Of a DNA stretch of 64,000 nt, positions 26,790-40,288 are shown one piece after another. The stretch comes from Eledone cirrhosa. Its lineage: Eukaryota. Each line of letters starts with the position of its first letter. Positions within the stretch are counted from its first letter, which is position 1. Both the position numbers and the translations under genes were made by a program. The DNA lies in the NCBI GenBank assembly GCA_964016885.1, contig OZ024763.1:5270001-5334000 (forward strand), written 5' to 3'. The notes beneath the pieces were generated by a model, which worked only from the letters and a program-made list of their open reading frames with translations, was not told the origin of the DNA and made no database searches.

Positions 26790-27804
26790 GTTAGTATAAT
26801 TACCTCTCCTTTTTTAACCTGTGGCTGAGTGGTTTGAGAATTGGATTCACAATCTTGAGGTTGTGAGTTCGATTCCTGGACCAGGTGATGCGTTATGTCC
26901 TTGAGCAAGACACTTTATTTCACGTTGCTCCTTCTACCTGGAGTTGCGACCGATAGATAGTACTAGCAACTGGAAAGACCGACGAAAACATTGTTTAGTC
27001 GGTCCGATTTTACGAAAGTCGATCGATATATATATTTTAACCTTCTGGGTGCTGTCTGCGCAAGGGATCTATAATGCCTTTCCAATACATAGCTACTTGA
27101 TGGGGCTATCCATAACTAACTGTTTTTATTTTGGTTCAAAATCTCACTCACCTGATGTGCAACCTTTTGCAGCACTATTATGCACCATTTATTTCACTGC
27201 ATAAATTTAATGCACATCACTGTGCCCCATTATGCACCATTTGTTTCATTTCATAAGTTCCATGCACATCACTGTGCACCATTTGTTTCATTGCATAAGT
27301 TCCGGGCACATCACTATGCACCACTGTGCACCATTTGTTTCATTGCATAAGTTCCATGCCCATCACTGTGCACCTTTATGCACAATTCGTTTCATTGCAT
27401 AAGTGCTATGCACATCATTGCATTTACCTCATATTGCAACTCTGGTAACATATCTTTGATTGCGCCTGTTTATAAAGGTCTTTTTAATTCAGCAGAGAAA
27501 TGAAAAAGATAAAAACTAATGAATTTTTTTTGCAAAGTTTTTGATATGAAATCGTGTGTTGAAACAGATATTAGGTGCAATTTTTAAAAAATATTGCACC
27601 TATTTTTTTTTAAATAGGGAGAGTTTATTTTAAAAAAATAGGTGCAGTTTTTTTTTAAATAGTTCCAATTTTTTTATGAATTTTGAATAAGAACATTGAA
27701 GCCATTTTATGGCTGTCTTTGTTGCTTTAATTTTCTCCATTCTACAACAACAACAACGACACTACCACCACCAACAACAACAACAACGCTCTATTATGTT
27801 GTAG

Positions 27805-27921
27805 ATCAAGGCTGTTTAACTGATGAGTTCAAATGCCAGAATGGATTATGTATCGATGAGAACAAGATCTGTGACTCCAATGATGACTGTGGCGATGGCT
27901 CAGATGAAATAGACTGCAGTA
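27805..27921 (+). CDS. HSPG2: Perlecan exon, LDLa repeat
   Basis: gtag|...|gtgagc (weaker in-frame GT 3 nt earlier), 117 nt; [38 protein letters not shown]. Confidence 0.88.
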
Positions 27922-28751
27922 GTGAGCTTTGAACATACGTTTTGTGATTTACACGCATGAGAATTTCGTTGCAGCGTTTCTTTTTTTATAATCCCGCTTT
28001 TGTTATGTTTTAATATTATTTATTATGGTTTTCAGAGAGTTTCAGAATTTCAAGGATGCTGTGCATTTGTGGAGGGCTGGTGGTGGAGTCTTTGGTTGTT
28101 TTATGGTTGTCAGGGAGGGAAGGGTAGCGTCCAAAGGCAATTTACTTTTTCAGTGCTCCCAAGACTGATGATGAGGTGAGGGCTGGAAGGGAAGGGCTAC
28201 ATCCATGACCCTTTAATTTTTAAGGCTTCCAAGACTGATGGCATGGAGATAGAATGAGAAATAAGGGGAGTGCCCATGAGCTTTTTTATTCAAGGATCGC
28301 AAGACTGTTGGAGGAGGGGGAGGATGAAGGGAATGGACAGACCCAAGACCCCTTAAATTTGTCAGGGCTTCCAAGACCCAAATCACACAACACACACACT
28401 TACACACACTCACAGATATACACATACACACACATACACACAGGTGTAAGATGTAGAGGCCATGGATAAACAATGGAGGGGGATTTTTAGCATGTCAAAC
28501 AGAAAGTGCATAAGGACCTCACAGAGTGCAACATGTGTGTGTATGTGTGTGTGTGTCTGTCTGTATGTGTATATATGCATGTGTGTACTTATACAATACT
28601 AAACAGTGACACTAACACAGCATGGTTCATTATTGAAGGTTTATATGAAAATATACACAATATATTTGTGTATAATAAATATATAAAAGGCTAGATATGA
28701 ATATTTCAAACCCTGACCAAATCACAGCTGTCTTAGTAGTCATGTGAGAAA

Positions 28752-28798
28752 ACCAGACACTAGGGTTTCAGGAATTTTTCTATTCATCATCAGTGATG
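28752..28798 (-). ncRNA. Hammerhead ribozyme motif
   Basis: Minus strand: CAUCA CUGAUGA UGAAU AGAAAA AUUCCU GAAAC CCUAGU GUC UGGU; inverted partial copy (cactgatgatgaata) near 28974-28988. Confidence 0.55.
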
Positions 28799-28982
28799 TT
28801 TTCTTACTTGTTACTGTGACAAGTATAAACTATATCATATATACATATAAGTAGGAATACCAGCTAGCCACACATGTAAAATATTCAAATAAATCTCTCC
28901 AGCAAATGTTTTTTTTATGCAAAAGTATATAAGCTGTAGCTCATTTTTCTCTCACTACTGAGTGAGTAAATGTCACTGATGA

Positions 28983-29021
<39 letters not shown>

Positions 29022-29744
29022 CCCTAGTTAATGCCCTGTGTTTGCTTGTGCAATAAACACCATCCTAATACCCGACCTGTGTTTGCCTGTATTTAATAAA
29101 CCCATATCATTTTCCCAACTACCTCACTAACTACTGTATGTTGTATTAACTACCTATTTTATAACAGGTTTAGTACCAACCTCTACCCACCAAAACAACC
29201 TCTGCTTCTATGAAACAAACCCACCCATTTTAAAATGTTCCTATTTAAATTAAAATCTTCAAATATAATTTTATATCTAAGAAAATGTTATGTTGTATTA
29301 CAAATACCATCTTAATGAAATTATAGTTTTAGTAAATCCTTCTAAATGTTTTATTAATTGCTGATAAATATTTAAGAAAGCCGGTACAATCTGGTAAAAA
29401 TATATAAAGGGTAAAAGATAACAAATAAAATAAAAGAAAGAAATGTTTTTCTTACTCAGTATATTTCCACATAATATTTCAGGATTATAACCCCCTTTTC
29501 AATATATTTCCACATAATATTTCAGTATTATAAACCCCTTTTATATTTCTATAAATAATTCAGCTGACAATCAATGTTTATCATTGATTAATCAACAGTT
29601 AAAAATTATAAATACAAATATAGTTTCTCAGAGTTCTTTCATCACACAACTGTGACATCATCAGTGATATTTCTATGTTTCTTCCCCTTTTATTCCTGTA
29701 ATGTTTTCTTATTCTATTTTTATTTTTATTTTCATCCCTATCAG

Positions 29745-29869
29745 CAAAATCGGTCACCGTGAGAATTAGTCCCCCCAGTATTAGGGTGAAAGCTGGAGAG
29801 AGGATCGTGTTTACCTGTGATGTTGTCGAGACCCGGCACTCACAATACAAATGGCTCAGACAATCTGGT
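29745..29869 (+). CDS. HSPG2: Perlecan exon, Ig #1 (type A) N-half
   Basis: 125 nt, phase 1-0; KSVTVRISPPSIRVKAGERIVFTCDVVETRHSQYKWLRQSG. Confidence 0.9.
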
Positions 29870-29974
29870 GTAAGTAAACAAGGAGTTTATTTATTGTTGT
29901 TGTTGTTTTTGTTTTATTACCATCTCTGTCTCTCTGTGTCTCTCTCTCTCTGACTCACTCTCTCCCTTTCTGTG

Positions 29975-30005
<31 letters not shown>

Positions 30006-30191
30006 TTCTCTCTCTGACTCTCACCTACAGCATCACAACAACCACCATCACCAACACCAGCACCACCTTTTCCACTACCACCAATACTACCACCATCACC
30101 ACCACCACCACCATTGCTACTACAACCACAACAACTACTGCAAGCACTACCAGCAACATCACAAACACTATCACCACCACATGCACACTAT

Positions 30192-30238
<47 letters not shown>

Positions 30239-30279
30239 ACGTCTTTCTCAACCCTCATATCTAAATGTGTTATTTACAG

Positions 30280-30427
30280 AGGGTCATCCCTAAATCAAGG
30301 AGCCAAATTGTGGGTAGTCGTCTTGTTATCTATGATACTCAGCCATCAGATGCTGATGATTATATCTGTGAAGTTGTCATCCAGGGTGAGAAGTTTGCCA
30401 AGACAGCAAGCCTTGTTGTTGAACTTG
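30280..30427 (+). CDS. HSPG2: Perlecan exon, Ig #1 C-half
   Basis: 148 nt, phase 0-1; RVIPKSRSQIVGSRLVIYDTQPSDADDYICEVVIQGEKFAKTASLVVEL. Confidence 0.9.
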
Positions 30428-30690
30428 GTAAGTTGAGCTTTACTTTTTAATTAATATGTACATAATCTATGGACATGTGGTTAGAATGTCTGAGGAAAGA
30501 ATCACTGAACAGACCTGTAGTTCAGAGATCAGAGAGTTACTCCGGGTAGAGCTGCTACTTCTCTAAATTGAGAGATCACAGCTCCGATACTATGGACATG
30601 TCGACAGATTTTACAGGTAAAAATCATTAAACCAGGATCCATTAAACCGAGACTGTACTGTATTTTCCATCTATTTTTTTCCTTTTGCAG

Positions 30691-30815
30691 ATATTCCATT
30701 AATTGTAACCATTGAACCTCGAACACAAACTGTCAAAGCGGGAGACTATGTTACATTTGAATGTAATTTGGGTAGCGGAAACACTGGTAATGTACAGTGG
30801 AGCAGAAGTGACAGA
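30691..30815 (+). CDS. HSPG2: Perlecan exon, Ig #2 (type B) N-half
   Basis: 125 nt; IPLIVTIEPRTQTVKAGDYVTFECNLGSGNTGNVQWSRSDR. Confidence 0.9.
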
Positions 30816-31039
30816 GTAAGGAATAACTTTTGAATATTTATATGAGGGTTGGCTGAAAATGTTATTGTTTGAAAAAGTTCATAGACTGACCAAGATACTC
30901 TCATGGAATGACCAAATGAGGGGGTTTATTTTTTAACATAGTCCTACCCATGCTAGTGTGGAAAATGGATGTTAAACGATGATGAAAGAAACAATACCGT
31001 TATTATTAATAAGAGTTGAAATTAACAGCATGCAATATT

Positions 31040-31233
31040 TCCCGGTAGAAGGAAGACGGAGTAGAGGAAGACCACGAAAAACATGGGTGGAGGTGGTGAG
31101 AGCAGACCTCAGATCGCTGAAGCTCACGGAGGAGATGACAAAGGGTCGTGACAAGTGGAGAGATGCCGTGCTGAATAGGACCCGTCCCACCCTTGCAAGC
31201 AGGGAAGAGCGGACGTATGATGATGATGATGAT
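31040..31233 (+). mobile_element. RTE-like LINE 3' end (copies at 32149-32336 and 49345-49640)
   Basis: VEGRRSRGRPRKTWVEVVRADL..EEMTKGRDKWRDAV, then acccttgcaagcagggaa.agcggacgta and (GAT)n tail. Confidence 0.75.
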
Positions 31234-31591
31234 GTGCGTGTGTATATATGTATGTGTGTGTGTGTGTGTGTATATATGTATCTGTATTGTATATGTGTGT
31301 GTGTTGGTGTGTGCATATGTGTGTGTGTATATATATAAATGTGTGTATGTGTTGGCGTGTAAACGTGGTTGGTGTTAGGAAGGGCATCGAGCTGTAGAAA
31401 ACCCGCCAGACAGTCCTATGCGAGCAAGACAACCACTCTTGCCTCAAGTGGGAAAACTCCCGTCCAAACCCATGCAAGCATGGAACATGGACGTTAAACG
31501 ATGATGATGATGATGATATATATGTGTGTGTGTGTGAGGTTTTTCTGTGAATATATTTCTTCTCTTCAAAAATCCACCCTTTTCATTTCAG

Positions 31592-31739
31592 CGTCGCATG
31601 AGTTCTCGTGCGACAGTTACAGGTGGATTTTTGAGAATCACATCTGTGGAGGTCGTTGATGCTGGACAATACACCTGTACAGGTTATAATTCCAAAGGTG
31701 GAAGAGTTTCTGAAACAGCTGAACTCATTGTCAAGTCAG
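31592..31739 (+). CDS. HSPG2: Perlecan exon, Ig #2 C-half
   Basis: 148 nt; RRMSSRATVTGGFLRITSVEVVDAGQYTCTGYNSKGGRVSETAELIVKS. Confidence 0.9.
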
Positions 31740-32561
31740 GTAAGTTGGGTTTTTGTTTGTTTGAATATATCCTGAACAGGGAAGGACTCCACCAGCTATT
31801 AAAGATGTCCTAAGAAACACTGTCAATATGGCACCCCTATGACTCCCTCATGAGGTGTGGCTTCATATCAAACCATACCATATATTTTTTTATTTTTAAT
31901 ATACACTAATATAATGATTTCTAGTATAGGCACAAGGCCAGTAAATTGGGCAGAGGGGAAAGTCGATTAAATCGAGCCCAGTGCATTACTGGTGATTTAT
32001 TTTATCGACTCCGTAAGGATGAAAGGCAAAGTTAACCTTGGTGGAATTTGAACTCAGAACGTAAAGGGACGTAACCCTATTCCGCTAAGCATGTTGTCCG
32101 ACACTCTATCAATTCTCCAATCCACAGCCCTATTATACACTAATATAATGGAAGGAAGATGCAGTAGAGGAAGACCACGGAAAATATGGGCGGAGGTGGT
32201 GAGAGCTGACTTCAGATTGCTGAAGCTCACAGAGGAGATGATGAAGGACTGTGACGAATGGAGAGATGCTGTGCTGAAGAGGACCCGTCCCACCATTGAA
32301 AGCAGGGAAAAGCAGACGTAAATTAATGATGATGATAAGCTGATCTGAATATAATCCCAACCCTATGTATAAGTCATGGCAGCTAATCCACCCATTATGT
32401 TTAGGTGGTGTGGTTTTAAAATTCTCATGAGTCTTTAGTTACCAACCTGGCCCAAACCAGCTCTGGTTCTATGAAACACTTCCATCTCCCAATTTAAAGG
32501 GTTCCTATTTAAAGTAAAATCTTCCAACATAATTTTATATAAGAACTTTGTTAATTTACTA

Positions 32562-32984
32562 TCTAAACTATAATAAAGTAAGGAGTGCGGTACTGCGTAC
32601 GGTTTATAATTTTTTATCCCATTAGTAAAATAAGTTGGATTACTTAAATATATTTTATTATTTATTTAAAGATTCACTTTAAAATTTTCAAATGTCAACA
32701 CTTCCAGTTAGCAATCGCTTAAATAAATATTCATATATTTCTGTCACTAATTTTCTCCTAATGCAGTTTATATATAATATCGTCTTTTTTAATGTATCAT
32801 GGATTACTTTACTGATTACATAAGACAGTGTAACACAGTCTTCGTTCAATTTCTGTGTATATTGTCAATTACAATTTTATTTGACATATCATATCTACAT
32901 GAATATATACTTGTGTATAATATCAATATGCACACGACACATGCTAGCAGGAAACCACCACCCAAAGTGTGGTTTTTCTGCTAG
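32562..32984 (+). mobile_element. Non-autonomous Helitron-like element (minus-strand copies at 13687-14177 and about 37890-38630)
   Basis: A|TCTAAACTATAATAAAG start, terminal hairpin, CTAG|T end, no TSD. Confidence 0.7.
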
Positions 32985-33226
32985 TCTTAGTAATGAAATA
33001 ATTAATAATTTTAGTAAATCCCTCAATATTCATCATTAATTGATTAAAATAGAATATATTTCATTAGAAATGCTGTCATTAAAAGGTTAAGTGTTGTTCA
33101 GAATATAGATAGGTTTTGTCACACGTTTCTTGGTTTATATTTGAATATATATGTTATTTATCTAGTTATTTATTTTGAATTAAGGAGATGTGACACAATA
33201 ATTATTATTATTATTTTTTTTTGCAG

Positions 33227-33351
33227 AATCCACTTTCACTGTTCAGATCACACCACCCTCCATTAAAGTAGGTGCAGGATCTCGTGCAATATTTACCTGC
33301 AATGTACCAGGGTCTCGTCCTTCACATATTCAATGGAAAAGAGAATCTGGA
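33227..33351 (+). CDS. HSPG2: Perlecan exon, Ig #3 (type A) N-half
   Basis: 125 nt; STFTVQITPPSIKVGAGSRAIFTCNVPGSRPSHIQWKRESG. Confidence 0.9.
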
Positions 33352-33424
33352 GTTAGTAATTGTTTTGTTTTTCTTGTTTTCTAATTAGTAAAAGATTTTG
33401 TAGATGAAACAGTTGGCCATGATT

Positions 33425-33652
33425 TTAACTCTTTAGTATTTACATTATTCTATATTTACTATTGTATTTTTGTGGTAAAGACTTTATCTGACATAATTAT
33501 CTCACATAATATCGAATCCATGAGATTTTGGTATTATTTATTTTGAGAAGAATACCGGAAAAAAGGTTGAGCAGCCGGTTAAAGCTGGTTTGAACAGAAA
33601 GATATGACTGAGTTCTGGCAGGATACAGTCAGTTTAAATGCTAAAGGGTTAA
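33425..33652. mobile_element. TTAA-flanked piggyBac-like MITE family (also 17943-18311, 26035-26400, 49988-50180, 62991-63343)
   Basis: Family ends ttaaccctttagcattt / aaatgctaaagggttaa. Confidence 0.6.
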
Positions 33653-33729
33653 CTCTTAATATCCTGTAAAGATTTAGCAGAAAATATCTAAAGACAAGTT
33701 TGTTAATTCAAATGCTTATAGTATCTTTA

Positions 33730-34453
33730 CAGCACCAACACCAACACCAGCAATAACAAGCATAAAAACACCATCACCACCACCACCACCCACCACCACC
33801 AACACCACCAGAATCTCTACCAACACCAACACCAACAACACCACAACCCCCTCCCCCACCACCACCGCCACACCACCACCACCAACCAACACCACCCACT
33901 AACACCACCACCACCACCACCACCAACACCACCAACCAACACCACCAACCAACACCACCAACCAACACCACCCACTAACACCACCACCACCACCAACACC
34001 ACCACCAACCAACACCACCCACTAACACCACCACCACCTAACACCACCACCACCTAACACCACCACCACCACCACCACACCACCACCAACCAACACCACC
34101 CACCACCACCAACCAACACCACCACACCACCACCACCACCTAACACCACCACCACCACCACCACCACCACCAACACCACCAACCACCACCACCACCAACA
34201 CCACCAACCAACACCACCACCACCACCAACACCACCACCCAACACCACCCACTAACACCACCACCACCACCACCTAACACCACCACCAACCAACACCACC
34301 CACCACCACCACACCACCACCAACCAACACCACCAGCACACCACCCACCACCACACCACCACCAACCACCACCACCACCACCACCACCAACACCAACCAA
34401 CACTAACACCACCCACCACCACCACCACCACACCACCACCACCACCACCACCC
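33730..34453. repeat. (CAC/CAA)n-rich low-complexity tract
   Basis: Direct reading. Confidence 0.9.
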
Positions 34454-34488
34454 AATAATACAACCATACCTTCCTCCATCTATTCCAG

Positions 34489-34636
34489 CGCCCAATACCA
34501 TCTGAGAGGAGTTCAGTCGACAGTGGCCGTCTCGTCCTCTACGACACAGAGGTGGCAGACTCCGATGAGTACATCTGTGAAGTTACTATTCAGGGTTTAA
34601 CTTTCTCTGGTTCTGCCAGCCTCGTTATAGAGTTTG
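34489..34636 (+). CDS. HSPG2: Perlecan exon, Ig #3 C-half
   Basis: 148 nt; RPIPSERSSVDSGRLVLYDTEVADSDEYICEVTIQGLTFSGSASLVIEF. Confidence 0.9.
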
Positions 34637-34667
34637 GTAAGTATTTGGAACAGGGGCCACACTTTCA

Positions 34668-35253
34668 CCTTCTTTGCCTTCTTCTTCTTATTTGCCTTCT
34701 TTGCCTTCTTCTTATTATTTGCCTTCTTTGCCTTCTTTGCCTTCTTCTTCTTATTTGCCTTCTTCTTCTTTGCCTTCTTCTTCTTTGCCTTCTTCTTCTT
34801 CTTCTTCTTTGCCTTCTTTGCCTTCTTCTTCTTATTTGCCTTCTTCTTCTTCTTTGCCTTCTTTGCCTTCTTCTTCTTCTTCTTCTTCTTCTTCTTCTTC
34901 TTCTTCTTCTTCTTCTTCTTCTTCTTCTTCTTCTTTGCCTTCTTCTTCTTCTTTGCCTTCTTCTTCGCCTTCTTCTTCTTCTTCTTCTTTGCCTTCTTCT
35001 TCTTCTTCTTCTTCGCCTTCTTCTTTGCCTTCTTCTTCTTCTTCTTCGCCTTCTTCTTTGCCTTCTTCTTCTTTGCCTTCTTCTTCTTCGCCTTCTTCTT
35101 TGCCTTCTTCTTCTTCTTCTTCTTCTTCGCCTTCTTCTTCTTCTTTGCCTTCTTCTTCTTCTTCTTCTTCTTCGCCTTCTTCTTCTTCTTCTTCTTCTTC
35201 TTCTTCTTCTTCTTCTTCTTCGCCTTCTTCTTCTTCGCCTTCGCCTTCTTCTT
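34668..35253. repeat. (CTT)n microsatellite with tgc/cgc interruptions
   Basis: Direct reading. Confidence 0.95.
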
Positions 35254-35419
35254 TGGAGGAGAGTCATAGGGGCAGAGTCCTCAAATAGACCGGTGCCTGT
35301 ATTTGCGGTTGTGTTCTTTTGGTCATTACCCAAGATTCATGACCATAGGTAAAGGTTGGCACAAATACCGACTTGAAGTGGAGAAAATGATTTAATTCCC
35401 CTGGAGTCAATGTATTCCA

Positions 35420-36753
35420 TTAAAGATCAGACTCTTTCAAATAACAATTCAACCAAATCTTTCTATATGGAAGTGAAACATGGACGCTTTCATGCAAACA
35501 ACAAAAGCACCTTGATGGCACCTACACTACTACTATCACTACTACTATCACTACTACTACCACTACTACTGTCACTTACACTACTACTACCACTACTACT
35601 ACCACTACTACTACCACTACCACTACTACTACCACTACTACTACCACTACTACTGTCACTTACACTACTACTACCACTACTACTACTACTGGCACTACCA
35701 CTACTACTACCACTTACACTACTACTACCACTACTACTGTCACTTACACTACTACTACCACTACTACTGTCACTTACACTACTACTACCACTACTACTGG
35801 CACTTACACTACTACTACCACTACTACTGGCACTTACACTACTACTACCACTACTACTGTCACTTACACTACTACTACCACTACTACTACCACTTACACT
35901 ACTACCACCACTACTACTGTCACTTACACTACTACTACCACTACTACTACCACTACTACTACCACTACTACTGGCACTTACACTACTACTACCACTACTA
36001 CTGTCACTTACACTACTACTACCACTACTACTACTACTGGCACTACCACTACTACTACCACTTACACTACTACTACCACTACTACTGGCACTTACACTAC
36101 TACTACCACTACTACTGGCACTTACACTACTACTACCACTACTACTGTCACTTACACTACTACTACCACTACTACTGGCACTTACACTACTACTACCACT
36201 ACTACTGTCACTTACACTACTACTACCACTACTACTACCACTACTACTACCACTTACACTACTACTACCACTACTACTGTCACTTACACTTGCCTACTTC
36301 AATGTATTCAGAACAAAAGCTGGTGACATGTGACTTTGAGAGAGATTTATGCCGGCCTCCCACACACATCTGTCGTACATAAAAGGAGGGTAAGATATGC
36401 TGGCCACTGCCATCGTGCCACCTCCGAGGCTGTGTCACCATTAGTGCTTTGAAAACCACAAGCAGTCACTAATAGCAGGGGCCATAAGCTCTCCTATCCT
36501 GATTTACTGGCCACTGTCATCGTGCCACCTATGAAGCTGTGTGTCCCCATTAGTGCTTTGAAAACCACAAGCAGTCACTAATAACAGGGGACACAAGCTC
36601 TCCTACCCCGATGTCATCTCCAGAGATTCTGGTATTGAAATCCAGGACTTGGCAATGGCAATGAACGACAGAACCACCTGGTGATCAACTGTTGAGTCCA
36701 TTTCGGTTGAGGCACCAGAAGAAGGAGATGATGATGATGATGATGATGATGAT
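35420..36753 (+). mobile_element. Decayed RTE-like LINE 3' fragment interrupted by a (CTA)n-rich expansion (35522-36290)
   Basis: KIRLF..LYGSETWTLS..LDGTYT before the repeat, RRVRYAGHCHRA..YPDVISRD..MAMNDRTTW after it, (GAT)n tail. Confidence 0.65.
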
Positions 36754-36844
36754 TTCATTAAAAAGGAATGGGTTGGATTATAAAACAAACAAAAACACAA
36801 CAACAACAACAACAGTGTTCTATATTATTTATGTATATTTTCAG

Positions 36845-36969
36845 TGACACCGTTCCGTGTGACTGTCAACCCACCATCTTTGAGTATCAAACAAGGAGAA
36901 ACTGCCAAATTCATGTGTCAGATAGGCGCAGGCCATACTGGATCCATGGTCTGGAGTAGAAAATTGTTT
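36845..36969 (+). CDS. HSPG2: Perlecan exon, Ig #4 (type B) N-half
   Basis: 125 nt; TPFRVTVNPPSLSIKQGETAKFMCQIGAGHTGSMVWSRKLF. Confidence 0.9.
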
Positions 36970-37115
36970 GTAAGTTACCTTTTCCTCTTGACAGTTTTTC
37001 TTTTGTACATTTCTTTTCCTTGTTTGTTTTCCTTGGTTATTTCAGAAAAATGGGGACATTTGTTTATGTCCAGCACACACTGGGGTCTCTCAGTTCACTA
37101 GTTGAGTCTATTTTA

Positions 37116-37889
37116 TTAGAAATATGGTAATGAGGGTTAATGACATAGACAGTGTCTTTCATTAGAAATATGGTAATGAAAGGGTTAATGACATAGACAG
37201 TGTCTTTCATTAGAAATATGGTAATGAAAGGGTTAAAGACATAGACAGTGTCTTTCATTAGAAATATGGTAATGAAAGGGTTAATGACATAGACAGTGTC
37301 TTTCATTAGAAATATGGTAATGAAAGGGTTAATGACATAGGTAGTGTCTTTCATTAGAAATATGGTAATGAAAGGGTTAAAGACATAGACAGTGTCTTAC
37401 ATTAGAAATATGGTAAGGAAAGGGTTAATGACATAGACAGTGTCTTTCATTAGAAATATGGTAATGAAAGGGTTAATGACATAGACAGTGTCTTTCATTA
37501 GAAATATGGTAATGAAAGGGTTAAAGACATAGACAGTGTCTTACATTAGAAATATGGTAAGGAAAGGGTTAATGACATAGACAGTGTCTTTCATTAGAAA
37601 TATGGTAATGAAAGGGTTAAAGACATAGACAGTGTCTTTCATTAGAAATATGGTAATGAAAGGGTTAAAGACATAGTCAGTGTCTTTCATTAGAAATATG
37701 GTAATGAAAGGGTTAAAGACATAGACAGTGTCTTTCATTAGAAATATGGTAATGAAAGGGTTAAAGACATAGACAGTGTCTTTCATTAGAAATATGGTAA
37801 TGAAAGGTTAATGGCATAGACAGTGTCTTTCGTTAGAAATATGGTAATGAAAGGGTTAATGACATAGACAGTGTCTTTTATTAGAAATA
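37116..37889. repeat. 48-bp minisatellite, about 16 copies
   Basis: ttagaaatatggtaatgaaagggttaatgacatagacagtgtctttca. Confidence 0.95.
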
Positions 37890-39068
37890 CTAGTAGAAAA
37901 ACCACCGGCGGTTTTCTGCTAGCATGTGTAGTGTGCATATTGATATTATACGCAAATATATATGCATGTTGATATGATATGTAAAATGAAAAGTAAACTG
38001 ACGATATGCACAGGAATTGAGAGTTACACTGTCTTCTGTAATCAGTAAAGTAAACCATGATATTATATATGACAATATTATATATAAATGGCATTACGGC
38101 AAAATGTTATGAAAACGAAAAAGGTGAAAATAAGATTAGCAATGGAAATATAAACATTATGATATAATGATAAAATAAAGTACCAGTAATGCACTGGGTA
38201 ATTGCTGGCCTTGTGCCAAAAAGTAGAAACAATTATGATATAATGATAAAAATATACCGTACTGTGGAGTGTTATGATTTAACGAACGCTAACGGAAGTT
38301 GACATTTGACAGTTTTAACAGAAGTGAATCTTGAAATAAATAATACGTTATATATAAGATTATTTAGAGTTACGGCCCTTGCCATTCTGAGTTCAAATCC
38401 CGCCGAGGCTAACTTTGCCTTTCATCCTTACGGGGTCGATAAAATAAAGTACCAGTAATACACTGGGTGATTGCTGGCCTTGTGCCTAACGTAGAAACAA
38501 TTATTTATGTTAGTAGATAAATTACATAATATTCATTCATAGTTTATTTAAAGTAATCCGACTTATTTTAATAACGTGATAAAAAAAGAATAAACTGGAC
38601 ACAGTCTTACAGTTTTCCAATCATTATATATATATAAGGGCGGTGAATTGGCAGTATTGGTAGAGGGTCAGACATGCTTTCCAGCATAGTTACGTCCCTT
38701 TACGATCTGAGTTCAAATCCCGCCGAGGTTAACTTTGCCTTTCATCCTTATGGGGTCGATAAAATAAAGTACCAGCAATGTACTGGGATAATTGCTGGCC
38801 TTGTGCCAAAAGTAGAAACAGGGCGGTGGATTGGCAGTATCGGTAGAGGGTCGGACACCATGCTTTCCAGCATAGTTACGTCCCTTTACGATCTGAGTTC
38901 AAATCCCGCCGAGGTTGACTTTGCCTTTCATCCTTACGGGGTCGATAAAATAAAGTACCAGTAATGCACTGGGTAATTGCTGGCCTTGTGCCTAAAGTAG
39001 AAACAATTATATATATATAAGAAGGTAATGGAAGGGTTAAATATTAATGTTCTTTATTCTTTTCACAG

Positions 39069-39216
39069 CAACCTCTCAGCCCTCGTGCTACAGAGTCAAA
39101 TGGCATTTTGATGATCAATTCAGTGACAGTTGATGATAGCGGTGAATATGTCTGCACAGGACGAGGACCAAATGGAGAATTGACCACACACTCAGTCCAG
39201 TTGGTGGTCGAACCAA
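39069..39216 (+). CDS. HSPG2: Perlecan exon, Ig #4 C-half
   Basis: 148 nt; [49 protein letters not shown]. Confidence 0.9.
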
Positions 39217-40163
39217 GTAAGTAGTGAAATTATTATTAACTCCTACTTATTATTTTAACATGTAGTAAGGGCAGTGGATTGGCTGTATCAGTAGAGCGTT
39301 GGACACCCTGCTTCGTGGCATAGAATTATGTCCCTTTACATTCTGAGTTCAAATTCCACTGAGGTTAGCTTTGTCTTTCATCCTTACGGGGAAAATAAAA
39401 TAAAGTACCAGTCACACACTGGGGTTGATTTAATCGACTTTCCCCTCCCTGAAAATTGCTGGCCATGGGCCTAAATCAGAAACCATTATTTTAACATGCA
39501 GTTGGCCCTTGTTCAAAATCTAATTTTGTAGAGTTCAAAATTTAATTTTAAAATCTAATTTTGTGTAGTTCTAAATTTAATTTTGTACAATAGGTTTACA
39601 TTTTGTATCAAACTCTACATATGATGCTTGATGGTTAAAAAACAAAACACTAAAAAAATGTTTTTGAATAACCCCGTTACGAATGCTTCTTATACTCATT
39701 GTTTGAGTCTTAGACCCAGGGTTTAATATTCTCTATCAAATACTGGATCAGAGAATGTGAAACCCTTGGTCAGAGAATATCAAACTCTGGATCAAAGATT
39801 GTGAAACTCTGGATCAGAGAATATCAAACTCTGGGTCAGAGAATACCACAACACTGGGTCAGAGAATATCAAACACTGGGTCAAAGATTGTGAAACCCTG
39901 GGTCAGAGAATACCACAACACTGGGTAAGATAATATCAAACACTGGGTCAAAGATTGTGAAATTCTGGGTCAAAGAATATCAAACTCTGGGTCAGAGAAT
40001 ACCACAACACTGGGTCAAAGAATATCAAAACACTGGGTCATGTAAAACTTTAAAAAGAGACAAACTGATACTTATATTATTTTATTTCTCTCTCTGAAAG
40101 AAATTCTTTCTGAAACTAAACTAATGTTTATTCTCTACCATTTTCTTCCCCTTCTGCAAACAG

Positions 40164-40288
40164 GCTCAGCATTACTCCTCACCATCACCCCAGCAGATCT
40201 CAAGGTAAAACAAGGATCTCAAGCTGTTTTTACATGTGATGTCAAGGATGCTCGACCCTCAGAAATCATATGGTCAAGACTCACAGGA
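40164..40288 (+). CDS. HSPG2: Perlecan exon, Ig #5 (type A) N-half
   Basis: 125 nt; SALLLTITPADLKVKQGSQAVFTCDVKDARPSEIIWSRLTG. Confidence 0.9.

Noticed and set aside
34552-36333. Poly-L/S/F/R and LLLP ORFs
   Set aside because: Triplet repeats; only 34489-34636 is a real exon
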